64,000 bases of DNA from an archaeon. Its GTDB lineage: Archaea; Asgardarchaeota; Thorarchaeia; Thorarchaeales; Thorarchaeaceae. The DNA lies in NCBI GenBank assembly GCA_024276825.1, contig JAJRWI010000003.1, positions 1 to 64,000 on the forward strand, in the 5' to 3' direction. Numbering within the stretch: the stretch's first letter is position 1; the number at the start of each line of letters is the position of its first letter. Of the stretch, positions 47,545 through 57,228 are shown piece after piece. Position numbers and translations under genes: made by a program. The notes beneath the pieces were generated by a model. The model made no database searches and was not told the origin of the DNA. It saw only the letters and a list, made by a program, of their open reading frames with translations.

Positions 47545-48777
47545 TTAGAGCAGAGATTTCTCGAGTTCCTGTGTGAATTCATCAATGCCTTCAAGTTCAT
47601 CTCTCTCAAATTTATCAAAGAACTCCTCATGAAGTTTGTCAATGACTCCTTCTATAAATCGCTTCTTCCCCTTCTTTGGAAGGTTCTGTATAAATGTGTT
47701 CAATACTGTCAACCAGTCCTTATGTATATCGTAGAGCTGATCTTGTTTGAGTCCATCATAGACTTTATATCCAAACTCAATCTTGTAATCGTTGTCCATC
47801 AAATGCAGATCTGCAGTTATTTCTGGCCTTTTCACTGCCCTTAGTACTATCTTTAGTGTGATAATCACTTGTTGTTTGGAGTAGACTTGTTCTGCCACCT
47901 CTAAAACAAGATTGAGGAGTTCTTTGGCCAGTAATATTCTCTTTCGCTCATGAGTGACTATCTCAATTGCCCTTTTTGATAGTAAAAAGTCTAATAGATC
48001 ATAGGCATCCTTGGAGTGTTTTTGGAGTATCTCTTTGACAGTGGATCTTCCATCAAGGGATGAGAGGATATGTGGCATAATCTCTGTCAACTTGGGGGAG
48101 AATTGTTTCAATTGTTGATACTCGTCGGTGTGTTTCTGCAGAAACTTGTAGAAGGCATTGTTTGGAATGACAACATCGTTCATTTTCAGCATATGTCTGA
48201 ATCTAATCAAACCAATAGCCCAAAGACGCGACATCTCCAAGATGACATCGTCTGCCTTAAGGCCTGATTTCTCTATAATCTCCTTGATTGTCCGCTTGCC
48301 ATTGATTAGCTGTATTATCTTGTCATCTGCATACTCAGCACTGGCACTATCAAAATATGGAATCCACTCGAAAGACATTCCATGGATTCCAAGAGTTTCG
48401 ATTACAACTTTTCTGAAGTCATCATAGATACTCGAACTCACGGGTGCATCAATATCAACATACCAGTTTTCTTCAAAGTCATTCAACAGATTTCTGAGGC
48501 TTGTCATTAATGCATCATCAATATTGCCAGTACTCACAACCACCAGCATGACCTTGCTCCCAACAACGATTGTGAAGACACGCTCCCCATAGTCGATATT
48601 GAACTCTGTTGAACCCCTGTTTACAAACTCAGCCGAGAATGTCTGGATGGCAAACAGAAAGCCTGAAACGAGGGCCGAGTCCACATCTACTGCCCTCGGA
48701 TCCAGCTTCTGATGAAGGAGGGGGAGTCCAGTGTCATTTTGGATTATCAAGACAGACTCAAGATTGGCTCGTGGCAT
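47545..48777 (-). CDS. Longin plus tandem wHTH protein (NPRL2-like)
   Basis: N-terminal longin pattern (TGLPL, LVSGFL.AI..FS.E); INGKRTI.EI and LDG.STV.EI wHTH repeats. Confidence 0.7.
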   Translation of the reverse strand: MPRANLESVLIIQNDTGLPLLHQKLDPRAVDVDSALVSGFLFAIQTFSAEFVNRGSTEFNIDYGERVFTIVVGSKVMLVVVSTGNIDDALMTSLRNLLNDFEENWYVDIDAPVSSSIYDDFRKVVIETLGIHGMSFEWIPYFDSASAEYADDKIIQLINGKRTIKEIIEKSGLKADDVILEMSRLWAIGLIRFRHMLKMNDVVIPNNAFYKFLQKHTDEYQQLKQFSPKLTEIMPHILSSLDGRSTVKEILQKHSKDAYDLLDFLLSKRAIEIVTHERKRILLAKELLNLVLEVAEQVYSKQQVIITLKIVLRAVKRPEITADLHLMDNDYKIEFGYKVYDGLKQDQLYDIHKDWLTVLNTFIQNLPKKGKKRFIEGVIDKLHEEFFDKFERDELEGIDEFTQELEKSLL

Positions 48778-48945
48778 GATTAGACCTCTGGATAACTAGG
48801 TGCCTTGAAACACTCTGCTGAGGGATGCAGTCTCTCTGGTGTGATTTTCGATTCATTATGCTTTTGTTTGTTTCTCTAGTAGATGCGTTAGTGAACATCC
48901 ATCAGGTTGTGCAGAAGTAGATAAACTTATATGAATATTATACAT

Positions 48946-48981
48946 TACTATGCATAATATAGTATTGTGTTTAACATATTA
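48946..48981. promoter_or_regulatory. Candidate PadR operator (two tandem imperfect palindromes)
   Basis: TACTAT-N7-ATAGTA plus a degenerate second copy just upstream of padR. Confidence 0.45.
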
Positions 48982-49002
48982 ATGCCTTATGTGGTGTGAA
49001 AC

Positions 49003-49377
49003 ATGCGTGATGATAGGAAACGTGCACTTGAAGAGTTTGAGCGTTGGTCAAGGGAGATCAAAAAGGGTGCTGCTGCATTGGCAATACTTGCCACCTTAGA
49101 GAGAGGAAGCAATTATGGCTATGAAATAGTCAAGAGTCTGGAACAATCTGGTGCGAAATTTTTAGCATTTGAAGAAGGCACAGTATATCCTCTCCTAAGA
49201 AGGCTTGAGAAGAAGAGGGGGCTTTTGAAGTCCGAATGGAATTATGATGATCCAACAAAGCCTAGAAAGTATTACACAATAACTCCAGCAGGTCTTGAGG
49301 CATTGAGTCTGATGCGCAGGAAATGGTTTGAGATGTTTGAAGAGATGAATAGAATTCTTGTAGGTGATAAAAGATGA
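49003..49377 (+). CDS. PadR family regulator
   Basis: YGYEI, EGTVYP.L.RLE and PRKYY.IT..G motifs. Confidence 0.95.
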   Translation: MRDDRKRALEEFERWSREIKKGAAALAILATLERGSNYGYEIVKSLEQSGAKFLAFEEGTVYPLLRRLEKKRGLLKSEWNYDDPTKPRKYYTITPAGLEALSLMRRKWFEMFEEMNRILVGDKR

Positions 49378-50447
49378 ATGGAAACCCCGATAGTCTGATT
49401 GAAGAGTATTTGGAGCGCGTGAGAGTATATCTGCCAATGAACTGTGAGGAAATTCTTGCAGAGATCCGCACTCATATAATTGAGGCAGCCGAGGAGTTGG
49501 GCTCTGGCAGAGTTACACCTGGATCTGTTATTCTCGCAATTGAAAGGCTTGGTGACCCAAAGATCGTTGCCAGCGAGTACGCAGGCACAGGAGAGAGAGT
49601 TGGACCGATTCCTGTTGAGTACAAACTCCCACTAGTACGCACTATCACTGTTGTTGTTGCTATCTCTATTGCATTCATTCTGGGGGGGGCAGTTGTCTAT
49701 GATACTGCCTTGAGCATGGGAGTCGATATTCTTGCTGTGTTTCAGATGTTCGTTATTTCAACAGTGGCCTCGTTTCTTGTGATAATATTAATCATCGTCC
49801 TAGCATTCTCAACCCATAAGCCAATGATTACAAAAAAGACCTTTGTTGAGCATGCTTTCAGTTTTGGAGTCAAAGGATTCAAGCCAAAGGCAAGACATGA
49901 CGCAGTTCTTGAGATGGCAGGTGGATCAATATTTGCAATGGTGTTTTTACTACCGCAGGTTCAAGCACTTTTTTCGCCAATCTTTCGACAGCTCATCCCT
50001 ATAGCCATAGTATTGAGTGTAGCACTAGCAATCAAGGGAGGTTTCTTTGTAATTGCAGGAGAGAACACTCTAAACCTTATCACTGAGGGCATTGTTGAAG
50101 TCGCAAGTGTTGCCTTTGCCATCACAATCCTCAATATTGGCTGGCCTTTGGACTACTGGCCAGTCGTGAGTGATGGGACTTGGACCTTGATTAATATCGA
50201 GGAGTTTCTTTTCAGCCATGGTATCGAATTCAGCCTGTTTAATGGACTATGGGTCATGATCATTTTTGTGGTGATAGTCACGGACACATGGCGAGTAATT
50301 GTCGCCTCATTGAAGGCCACCGCATATATCCGTAATGGCAAGGGACTCTGGTGGAAGAGAGAACATCATATGCGTCGCTACCAACGACTGAAACCACATT
50401 GGTGGGAGCGAAAATCAAAGACTGCCTCTTCAAAGCCCCCTGATTAG
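49374..50447 (+). CDS. HAAS-domain membrane protein
   Basis: EEYL...EI..EIRTHI.E...LGDP...A.EY followed by TM segments; typical PadR partner. Confidence 0.8.
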   Translation: MNGNPDSLIEEYLERVRVYLPMNCEEILAEIRTHIIEAAEELGSGRVTPGSVILAIERLGDPKIVASEYAGTGERVGPIPVEYKLPLVRTITVVVAISIAFILGGAVVYDTALSMGVDILAVFQMFVISTVASFLVIILIIVLAFSTHKPMITKKTFVEHAFSFGVKGFKPKARHDAVLEMAGGSIFAMVFLLPQVQALFSPIFRQLIPIAIVLSVALAIKGGFFVIAGENTLNLITEGIVEVASVAFAITILNIGWPLDYWPVVSDGTWTLINIEEFLFSHGIEFSLFNGLWVMIIFVVIVTDTWRVIVASLKATAYIRNGKGLWWKREHHMRRYQRLKPHWWERKSKTASSKPPD

Positions 50448-50558
50448 TAAGGACTGAAGAACATGACAAGGCGGCCTGAACCGTAAAGTTCGTTCAGGTC
50501 GTCAGGTTTTTATGGATACTGTTCGAGATCGAAGTAGCATTAAACGAGGAATGAAAAT

Positions 50559-50723
50559 ATGCCCGGATCACACGGTTCACTGACAAAGGCAGGTAAGGTC
50601 CGTGAGTCAACCCCAAAAGTTCAGGGTAGGGAGCGACACACACCAATTCCAAGAGTTCGAAACAAGAGAAATTACGTGAAGCGATTCGTAAAGGGCAAGA
50701 TTGCAGGTCAGGCAGGCCGCTGA
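50559..50723 (+). CDS. rps30e: 30S ribosomal protein S30e (not in ORF track)
   Basis: Hand translation [21 protein letters not shown]...[10 protein letters not shown]. Confidence 0.96.
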   Translation: MPGSHGSLTKAGKVRESTPKVQGRERHTPIPRVRNKRNYVKRFVKGKIAGQAGR

Positions 50724-50733
50724 TTGTATTGCT

Positions 50734-51552
50734 CTAAAAGAGTTTCTTTATCCCCATCGAGTTTCGGCGATAAGCACCAAACTCATCCAATCTACTGAGC
50801 TTTTCTCCTGAGAAAACTGGACCAGTCACGCAGACAAGGTCACCAGTTGGGTCCATTGCGCAGCTTCCGCAAATACCGCACCCACACTTCATGAACCTCT
50901 CAAGAGAGACTTCAATTCTTGTGTCATGATCTACTGCAAGCGTATATACATGCTTCATCATGAGCTCTGGACCACAAGTATATATCATATCGAACTTGTT
51001 CTGTTTCAATACTCCCTCAGCAATCTCCGTGGCAAGGGCCTTGTGCCCCAATGATCCATCATCAGTTGCCACAATCACATCAATGCCTTTGATCTTTGAT
51101 AGTTCTTTGTTAAATAGTAGGCTGTTCTTGGTCTTAGCAGCAACAATCACAGTTACATCAGCATTGTTCTTGATCAGCTCGTGAATGAGAGGTTTCAGAG
51201 ATGCCATGCCGCTTCCGCCCCCAATAACCAGCACCCTACCAGAAACTACCAAGAACCCCCTTCCAAATGGCCCACGGATACCAATCCAGTCACCCTTTTT
51301 GAGTGCGGCAAGTGCATTTGTCGCAGGTCCAACAGGAACTACTGTGAACCCAAGATGTTCATCAGTGATCACCGATACACTCATGGGAATCTCATCAACA
51401 CCAGGGACCCATATCATGAGAAACTGGCCAGGTCTAGGGCCATTGTTTCCATATATGTTTTCGAACAGCAGGGTTCTCGCATTATCATTCTCTTGAATAT
51501 TCCGCGAGATTCTCACAGATACGGGGTGCCCCAAAAGACTTTCAATGTCCAT
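50734..51552 (-). CDS. pyrK: Dihydroorotate dehydrogenase electron transfer subunit
   Basis: PGQF.MIW, RGPFG and ERFMKCGCGICGSC motifs. Confidence 0.95.
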   Translation of the reverse strand: MDIESLLGHPVSVRISRNIQENDNARTLLFENIYGNNGPRPGQFLMIWVPGVDEIPMSVSVITDEHLGFTVVPVGPATNALAALKKGDWIGIRGPFGRGFLVVSGRVLVIGGGSGMASLKPLIHELIKNNADVTVIVAAKTKNSLLFNKELSKIKGIDVIVATDDGSLGHKALATEIAEGVLKQNKFDMIYTCGPELMMKHVYTLAVDHDTRIEVSLERFMKCGCGICGSCAMDPTGDLVCVTGPVFSGEKLSRLDEFGAYRRNSMGIKKLF

Positions 51553-52423
51553 TTCGACTCCTCCATGCTGCACCAATGATGTCTTGGACACTCTTGAAAC
51601 CCTGTTCATCCAAGTATCTTGCAACCCCATTCTTTATCTTGGTGAACACGTCGGTCCCCTGCAACAGTGCTGTGCCAATCTGTATCGCGCTTGCTCCTGC
51701 CAGATGCATCTCTACTGCATCCATCCATGAGGTCACCCCCCCAACCCCAATTATCGGTATTGAGAGAGCACCAGAGAGGTCATAGACACAACGGACCGCA
51801 ATGGGAAACACGGGTGGCCCTGAAAGGCCCCCCACCAGATTGCCAAGAACTGGTCTTTTCTGATATATGTCAATCTTCATCGCTCTGAGTGTATTTATTG
51901 CAACTACTGCATCAGCACCCGCCTCCTCTGCTGCAATACCCACTGAAACATAATCAGATGCATTTGGGGTAATCTTTGCAAACAGGGGGCAGTCAACAAT
52001 ATCCTTTACCGTACTTACAAACTCAAATGTCATGTTGGGATCATGTGCGATCTGACCTATCTGGGCATGTGGGCAGGACAGATTCAACTCGATGGCGTCT
52101 GGATTAAGATGAACTGCCCTTTCTGCCACTGCCGAAGCCTCTTCTATTGTGTTTCCAAAGATGCTGAGAACAATTGGGACATTGAACTCATGTAGGTTGC
52201 CCATTTCCTCGGCAAAGTTGTCGATTCCGGGATTTGTCAGACCCACTGCATTCAAGAGACCACCATGCGAATGTGTGATGATCGGACCATGATGCCCCTT
52301 TCTTGGAGATAGGCCTACAGATTTTGTCACTATAGCATCTGCGCCTGATGCTGCCACTTTTCGGATAATGGACCTTGTCACACCCAGAATTCCTGATGCC
52401 AGCCAATATCCCTGAATCTTCAA
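51542..52423 (-). CDS. pyrD: Dihydroorotate dehydrogenase B, catalytic subunit
   Basis: NAVGL.NPG, ELNLSCP and GGLSG motifs. Confidence 0.96.
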   Translation of the reverse strand: MKIQGYWLASGILGVTRSIIRKVAASGADAIVTKSVGLSPRKGHHGPIITHSHGGLLNAVGLTNPGIDNFAEEMGNLHEFNVPIVLSIFGNTIEEASAVAERAVHLNPDAIELNLSCPHAQIGQIAHDPNMTFEFVSTVKDIVDCPLFAKITPNASDYVSVGIAAEEAGADAVVAINTLRAMKIDIYQKRPVLGNLVGGLSGPPVFPIAVRCVYDLSGALSIPIIGVGGVTSWMDAVEMHLAGASAIQIGTALLQGTDVFTKIKNGVARYLDEQGFKSVQDIIGAAWRSRNGH

Positions 52424-52575
52424 TGTTTCACCTAGAACTCCTCAATCACTGGTTGGTAATAAGGTCAATGGCATTACATTTATGGTGTATGAGGGAGCAT
52501 TTCTGATTGCTATTATATCTGATTCGCATAACTTTTTACCTCTGCAATACCTCTGGAGATTGGAGGCAATACTCT

Positions 52576-53799
52576 GTGCCATTGTACATAACACATTGTG
52601 CATTTGGAATATTCATACTAGATGAGAATGACCAAGTCATTCTAAAGCATTTGACATATCCAGATGTGGAAACAACTGTTGAATACCTAGATGCAGTAAG
52701 CCAGAATGTTCCCATACCTGAGCTGAAGGAGATCATCGGTCAGACAGGCTCGGAGGAGATTGTTGCTGATAACAGGTCATTGGCCCGCCTGATCTCACAA
52801 CTCAGTTCAATTCCTGTTCGTTATGATTCACGTCCCACTCAGACCAAGATGTTCAGGTCAACAATCGAAACCTATCTGATCAAGGACAAGATTATTGAGA
52901 GGCCTGAGGAGGCCCAGCACTTTCTAAGAGAGGTTGCAATCAGTCTGGCCAAGAGAACAATAATCTCTGCAAGCGAGGAACGCGACATTCTAGTTAAACA
53001 GGCCATTGATGCTATTGATGAGATTGACAAAACACTAAATGCTCTCTCCATGAAGCTCAAGGAGTGGTATTCACTTCATCATCCTTCACTCAGCAAGATT
53101 GTCGATGATAATGAAACCTATGCCAAGATTGTGAGTCTTGGGGGAAAGCAGAGGATTTCAGAGGAGGCGTTAAGAAGTGCAGGGCTGTCGCCCATATTGG
53201 CTCAGAAGATTCTCACTGATATGGAAAATGATGCTGGCGCAGAGTTCACCCCTTCGGACTTGGGCACAATGAAGGGACTCGCCAAAAGGATTGTCGGACT
53301 GTATGAGTTTCGTCATGACCTTGAGGATTATGTCACTAGTCTCATGCAGGTGGTCGCACCAAACATCTCATCACTGGTCAGACCTATGGTCGGTGCACGG
53401 CTCATAAGCATGGCTGGATCTTTAAGAGAACTTGCTCGAAAGCCATCATCCACAATTCAGGTGTTTGGGGCAGAGCGTGCCCTGTTTCGAAGCTTGAAGA
53501 CAGGTGCAGACCCACCAAAGCACGGGGTGATTTACCAGTCCCCCGAGGTCCATACTGCTCCATATTGGCAGCGTGGCAAGATTGCCAGAGCCCTTGCAAG
53601 TGCTCTATCCATTGCTTCAAGGATTGATGCTTATTCGGACCGTGATCTAGGTGACTATCTGAGAGAGAAGCTTGAAAGGAGGATTTTGGAGATCAAACAG
53701 CAAAATCCTGATGCACCACCACCAAAACAAAAAAGCAAGCCTAGAAGACCTCAGCGTAAAGGGGCCAAGCGCAAGCGGCGCGGCGGGAGGAGGAGATAG
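52576..53799 (+). CDS. nop5: C/D RNP protein Nop5 (Nop56/58)
   Basis: EWY..H.P, PSSTIQV.GAE.ALF and PKHG.IY motifs. Confidence 0.96.
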   Translation: MPLYITHCAFGIFILDENDQVILKHLTYPDVETTVEYLDAVSQNVPIPELKEIIGQTGSEEIVADNRSLARLISQLSSIPVRYDSRPTQTKMFRSTIETYLIKDKIIERPEEAQHFLREVAISLAKRTIISASEERDILVKQAIDAIDEIDKTLNALSMKLKEWYSLHHPSLSKIVDDNETYAKIVSLGGKQRISEEALRSAGLSPILAQKILTDMENDAGAEFTPSDLGTMKGLAKRIVGLYEFRHDLEDYVTSLMQVVAPNISSLVRPMVGARLISMAGSLRELARKPSSTIQVFGAERALFRSLKTGADPPKHGVIYQSPEVHTAPYWQRGKIARALASALSIASRIDAYSDRDLGDYLREKLERRILEIKQQNPDAPPPKQKSKPRRPQRKGAKRKRRGGRRR

Positions 53800-54497
53800 T
53801 GACTCAGGTACAGCCACACAGGTTCACAGGAGTTTTTCTGATCACTGATGATGCTCGTACATCATTAGCAACAAAGACCCTGATTCCAGGGCAGTCCGTT
53901 TATGGAGAAAAATTGATTCGTCAAGGAGATGGGGAGTATCGGTTATGGTCACCAAGACGATCCAAACTTGCTGCTGCTATTCAGAAGAATATGTCCTCGA
54001 TGCCCATACAACAAGGGTCAAGGGTGTTATATCTTGGTGCTTCATCGGGCACAACCGTCAGTCATGTATCAGACATTATTGGTGAAAAGGGGGTTGTGTA
54101 CGCGGTCGAGTTCTCACCCCGAGTGGGTCGTGAGTTGGTCGGACTTGCAGAAACACGAACGAACATCATCCCCATTATTGCTGATGCTCGACATCCGGAG
54201 AGGTATTCATCACTTGTTCTAGGTCCCATTGATGTGGTGTATCAGGACGTGGCTCAGCCGGACCAAGCAAGAATATTTGTTGAGAACATTAGGCACTTCA
54301 GCTCCTTCGGTTGCTGGGGCCTGTTTGCAATCAAGGCCCGAAGCATAGATTCAACAACTTCAGTGGAGGACATCTATAAGAGTGAAATGGCATTCTTAAA
54401 TGAGCATGGTGTGCAAGTGGTTGAAGTAACAGATCTTGACCCATTAGAGAAGGATCATGTGATGGTCCTTTGTAGAGTATCGGAGGGCTTTAAGTGA
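53799..54497 (+). CDS. flpA: Fibrillarin
   Basis: VYGE, RSKLAA, LYLGA.SGTT.SH.SD and DVAQPDQ motifs. Confidence 0.97.
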   Translation: MTQVQPHRFTGVFLITDDARTSLATKTLIPGQSVYGEKLIRQGDGEYRLWSPRRSKLAAAIQKNMSSMPIQQGSRVLYLGASSGTTVSHVSDIIGEKGVVYAVEFSPRVGRELVGLAETRTNIIPIIADARHPERYSSLVLGPIDVVYQDVAQPDQARIFVENIRHFSSFGCWGLFAIKARSIDSTTSVEDIYKSEMAFLNEHGVQVVEVTDLDPLEKDHVMVLCRVSEGFK

Positions 54498-54970
54498 GTT
54501 CATTTATTGAACGCATGATCGAGAGAGATATTGAGTCCATTAATGACCATCTTCCAACAGAGCGGGTGCCCCTTAGTGAACTGTTTGAGTCAAAAGATAA
54601 AGCATACAGGACAAAGAAGGGAGAGCCTTCAGTCATTCGTGACAGTGAGATTAAGATGATAATGGAACACACACCACTGGAATACCATGGTCATGTTCGG
54701 CTCCCAATTGTACTACTTCGTCGGATCGACTTGGGCCCTGGTATCTACTCAATATCTGGGACCAAGGTTGAACTCTTCCTGATACATCATCTCATAGACA
54801 AAGAGATAGGGGGAAATGGACTTGATTGGGGCAGAATCTCAGAATGGACTCCTCAAGAACGTATTGTGCGCCCGCAGGTGCAAGTCATTCGAAGAATATT
54901 GCCCTCCGCCACCTGCATAGGCTTTGCCACACTAACAAAGACTCGTAAGAAGCATGATAGTTCTGACTGA
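54494..54970 (+). CDS. DUF61 (UPF0216) family protein
   Basis: N.HLP..R..L.EL and RLPI motifs; synteny. Confidence 0.75.
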   Translation: MSSFIERMIERDIESINDHLPTERVPLSELFESKDKAYRTKKGEPSVIRDSEIKMIMEHTPLEYHGHVRLPIVLLRRIDLGPGIYSISGTKVELFLIHHLIDKEIGGNGLDWGRISEWTPQERIVRPQVQVIRRILPSATCIGFATLTKTRKKHDSSD

Positions 54971-55036
54971 TAGTGTTATATTCCACAAAGCAAATCTCAA
55001 AAGCATATTTGTGGAAGAACACAGTGGTAATAAAGG

Positions 55037-55999
55037 ATGACGAAAGCAAGAACCAAGCTGCTAGATGAGGTCATATCCAATCTAGAGGATGCTGGGTTTG
55101 AGCTGTCATCGAAATGTGATGTGCGCCCCACATGCTTTGACCTTGTTGCTAGAAAGGATGACAAACTAATATTGATCAAGGTGCTTGATAATGTTGGAGC
55201 CCTAACAAGGGAGGACGCCATTACGCTCCAGCTTGTGGCACACTTTTTCAATGCCACCCCATTAATCATTGGTCGTAAGACAAGTAGAGGACCCTTGATG
55301 GAGGGTGTTGTTTACAAGAGATACGGGGTTTCGGCAATTGCACCGTCAAGTTTTGTGAGAATGATACATGAGGAACAGATGCCTCGCGTATTCAGTCAAA
55401 GGGGTGGACGGCTTGTGGTGATTAATGGTGAGCGCCTGAGAGAAGCACGTCTGTCTAAGAGCATGACACAGGAGGAGCTTGCAGGCTATGTGAGGGTTTC
55501 AGCGCGTGTGATTCTCGCCTATGAGCATAGTGAGATGGACGCCAGCATTGATGTGGCACAGGAGCTCGAACGGGTCTTAGAAACAGACCTGATAATTCCA
55601 ATCGATCTGATGAGCAGAACTGTCACTCAAGAGCCAGTTGCAACCCCGCAGGTTTCGGACAATATCTCACATCTCGAACAAAGAGTTAACGAGTTTTTCG
55701 AGAAACTTGGCATGAGGGTCTTATGGACTGATAGGGCACCATTCCATGTGGCTGCGAAGGAGAAGAGTCGTCCACTGATATCGGGAGTCGGATCATTAAA
55801 GAGTTGGACTCTGAAAAAGCGCATTGATATACTCCGTAGTGTGTCAGATGTCACCAAATCCGATGCAGTGCTAATTGTGGAGGAGGGAATGGCTCAAGAG
55901 TCTGTTGCAGACCTCCCTGTGATACGACAGGTCGAGCTTGAAGAGATTGACAAGTCACAGGAACTACGAAAGATAATCGCTGAGCGTTCTGGGCAGTGA
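55037..55999 (+). CDS. Archaeal HTH transcriptional regulator (COG1395)
   Basis: CFDL.AR, L.IKVL.N, Y.RYG, XRE HTH and APF motifs. Confidence 0.9.
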   Translation: MTKARTKLLDEVISNLEDAGFELSSKCDVRPTCFDLVARKDDKLILIKVLDNVGALTREDAITLQLVAHFFNATPLIIGRKTSRGPLMEGVVYKRYGVSAIAPSSFVRMIHEEQMPRVFSQRGGRLVVINGERLREARLSKSMTQEELAGYVRVSARVILAYEHSEMDASIDVAQELERVLETDLIIPIDLMSRTVTQEPVATPQVSDNISHLEQRVNEFFEKLGMRVLWTDRAPFHVAAKEKSRPLISGVGSLKSWTLKKRIDILRSVSDVTKSDAVLIVEEGMAQESVADLPVIRQVELEEIDKSQELRKIIAERSGQ

Positions 56000-56203
56000 A
56001 CTTCAGAGATGGAAAAGTTGTGCAAAGTTGTCATACTGGTCAGAATTGGAGTCGCGATCAAAAGAATGGGTGTGTTCACATTCACTCTCAAGACACCCGG
56101 CGGGTGGTGACACTTTTGGGGGAAGATCTGAACGCATGATCCTTGTATAGATAAGCTCATCTTCCAATGACAGGTTTGAATGAGTTCAGGTTGTTAGTGA
56201 CAT

Positions 56204-56896
56204 CTAGAAGTTGTCAAGGCCCATCTGACCAGATCTCATCTCATCTTGAATTCTCTTTATTGATGCCCATGATTTTCGAACAAAACTAGGAAGTTCTCCT
56301 TCTTCGCTCAACAGTTGTCGTATGAAGGCGATGGACTTGGGGTCTGATGGATATCCGGAACCAAAGTCCCCGTAGCGGTCGTATAGGTCAGCGACTCTAG
56401 CATCACGTTCAACTTTTGCAATGATTGCAGCAGCTGATACCACAGGGTACCTGGCATCTGCCTTATGTTCGGATATGAATCGTGTTCCAAGGGAAGCAAG
56501 ACCACTCTTCTCTGCCACCAGACGACCAAATCGTTCGGCATTAACATCGGCAGCATCCATGTATACCTCTTCTGGCTTGAGTTCCTTGACAATAAAGGCG
56601 AAGTTGATGGTTTCAATCTCGTTCATTGTGTACCCACTCTTCCTCAGAGCGTCAATCTCTGCTGCTGTTATTGTCTTAATCTCTATCCTTGCTGCCAGCC
56701 TTCGAATTGATTTGTCCAAGTTTCTACGGCGTTTGGGTGATAGTACTTTAGAGTCCCTAAGCCCTAAAGATTCCAACCTCTTGATGTCCCCCTTCTCAAA
56801 CAACACACCACAGATTATCATAGGACCAATCATGGGGCCCCTGCCAGCCTCATCAAGACCTGCAACTCCCCTGATCCTAGTGTTCTTGGAACTCAT
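56204..56896 (-). CDS. rnhB: Ribonuclease HII
   Basis: GLDEAGRGP, DSK.L, EHKAD and GSGYPSDP motifs. Confidence 0.97.
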   Translation of the reverse strand: MSSKNTRIRGVAGLDEAGRGPMIGPMIICGVLFEKGDIKRLESLGLRDSKVLSPKRRRNLDKSIRRLAARIEIKTITAAEIDALRKSGYTMNEIETINFAFIVKELKPEEVYMDAADVNAERFGRLVAEKSGLASLGTRFISEHKADARYPVVSAAAIIAKVERDARVADLYDRYGDFGSGYPSDPKSIAFIRQLLSEEGELPSFVRKSWASIKRIQDEMRSGQMGLDNF

Positions 56897-56997
56897 GGCT
56901 ATAATAATATTGGCAGCTCCTTATTAACCAAGTCGAAACCTTCATATCGGAAAAATTAATGTGCACGTTAGGTTGCAAGGCCAGAAACACAGGCTTT

Positions 56998-57134
56998 GGG
57001 GACGTGGCCTAGTTGGCATGGCGACGGGCTCCAGATCTTATGATTCACGGGGTCATATCAGTAGAGACTCGTCGATCGTGGGTTCGAGACCCACTCACAC
57101 TCCGTGATGGGTGAAAATCCCACCGTCCCCACCA
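56998..57134 (+). tRNA. tRNA-Trp(CCA) with two introns (57035-57066 at 37/38; 57089-57117 at 59/60)
   Basis: GGGGACG/CGTCCCC acceptor, ACGGG-CT-CCA-GA-CTCGT, GTGGG-TTCGAGT-CCCAC after intron removal, ACCA end. Confidence 0.92.
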
Positions 57135-57228
57135 TTGCCTGCTACTATTTCTAGAGATGTTGCCTAATTGCTTATATCACAAGTCCTTTTTTACTTCATG
57201 CCATCTATTATTTGGGAGATTTTCTTCA

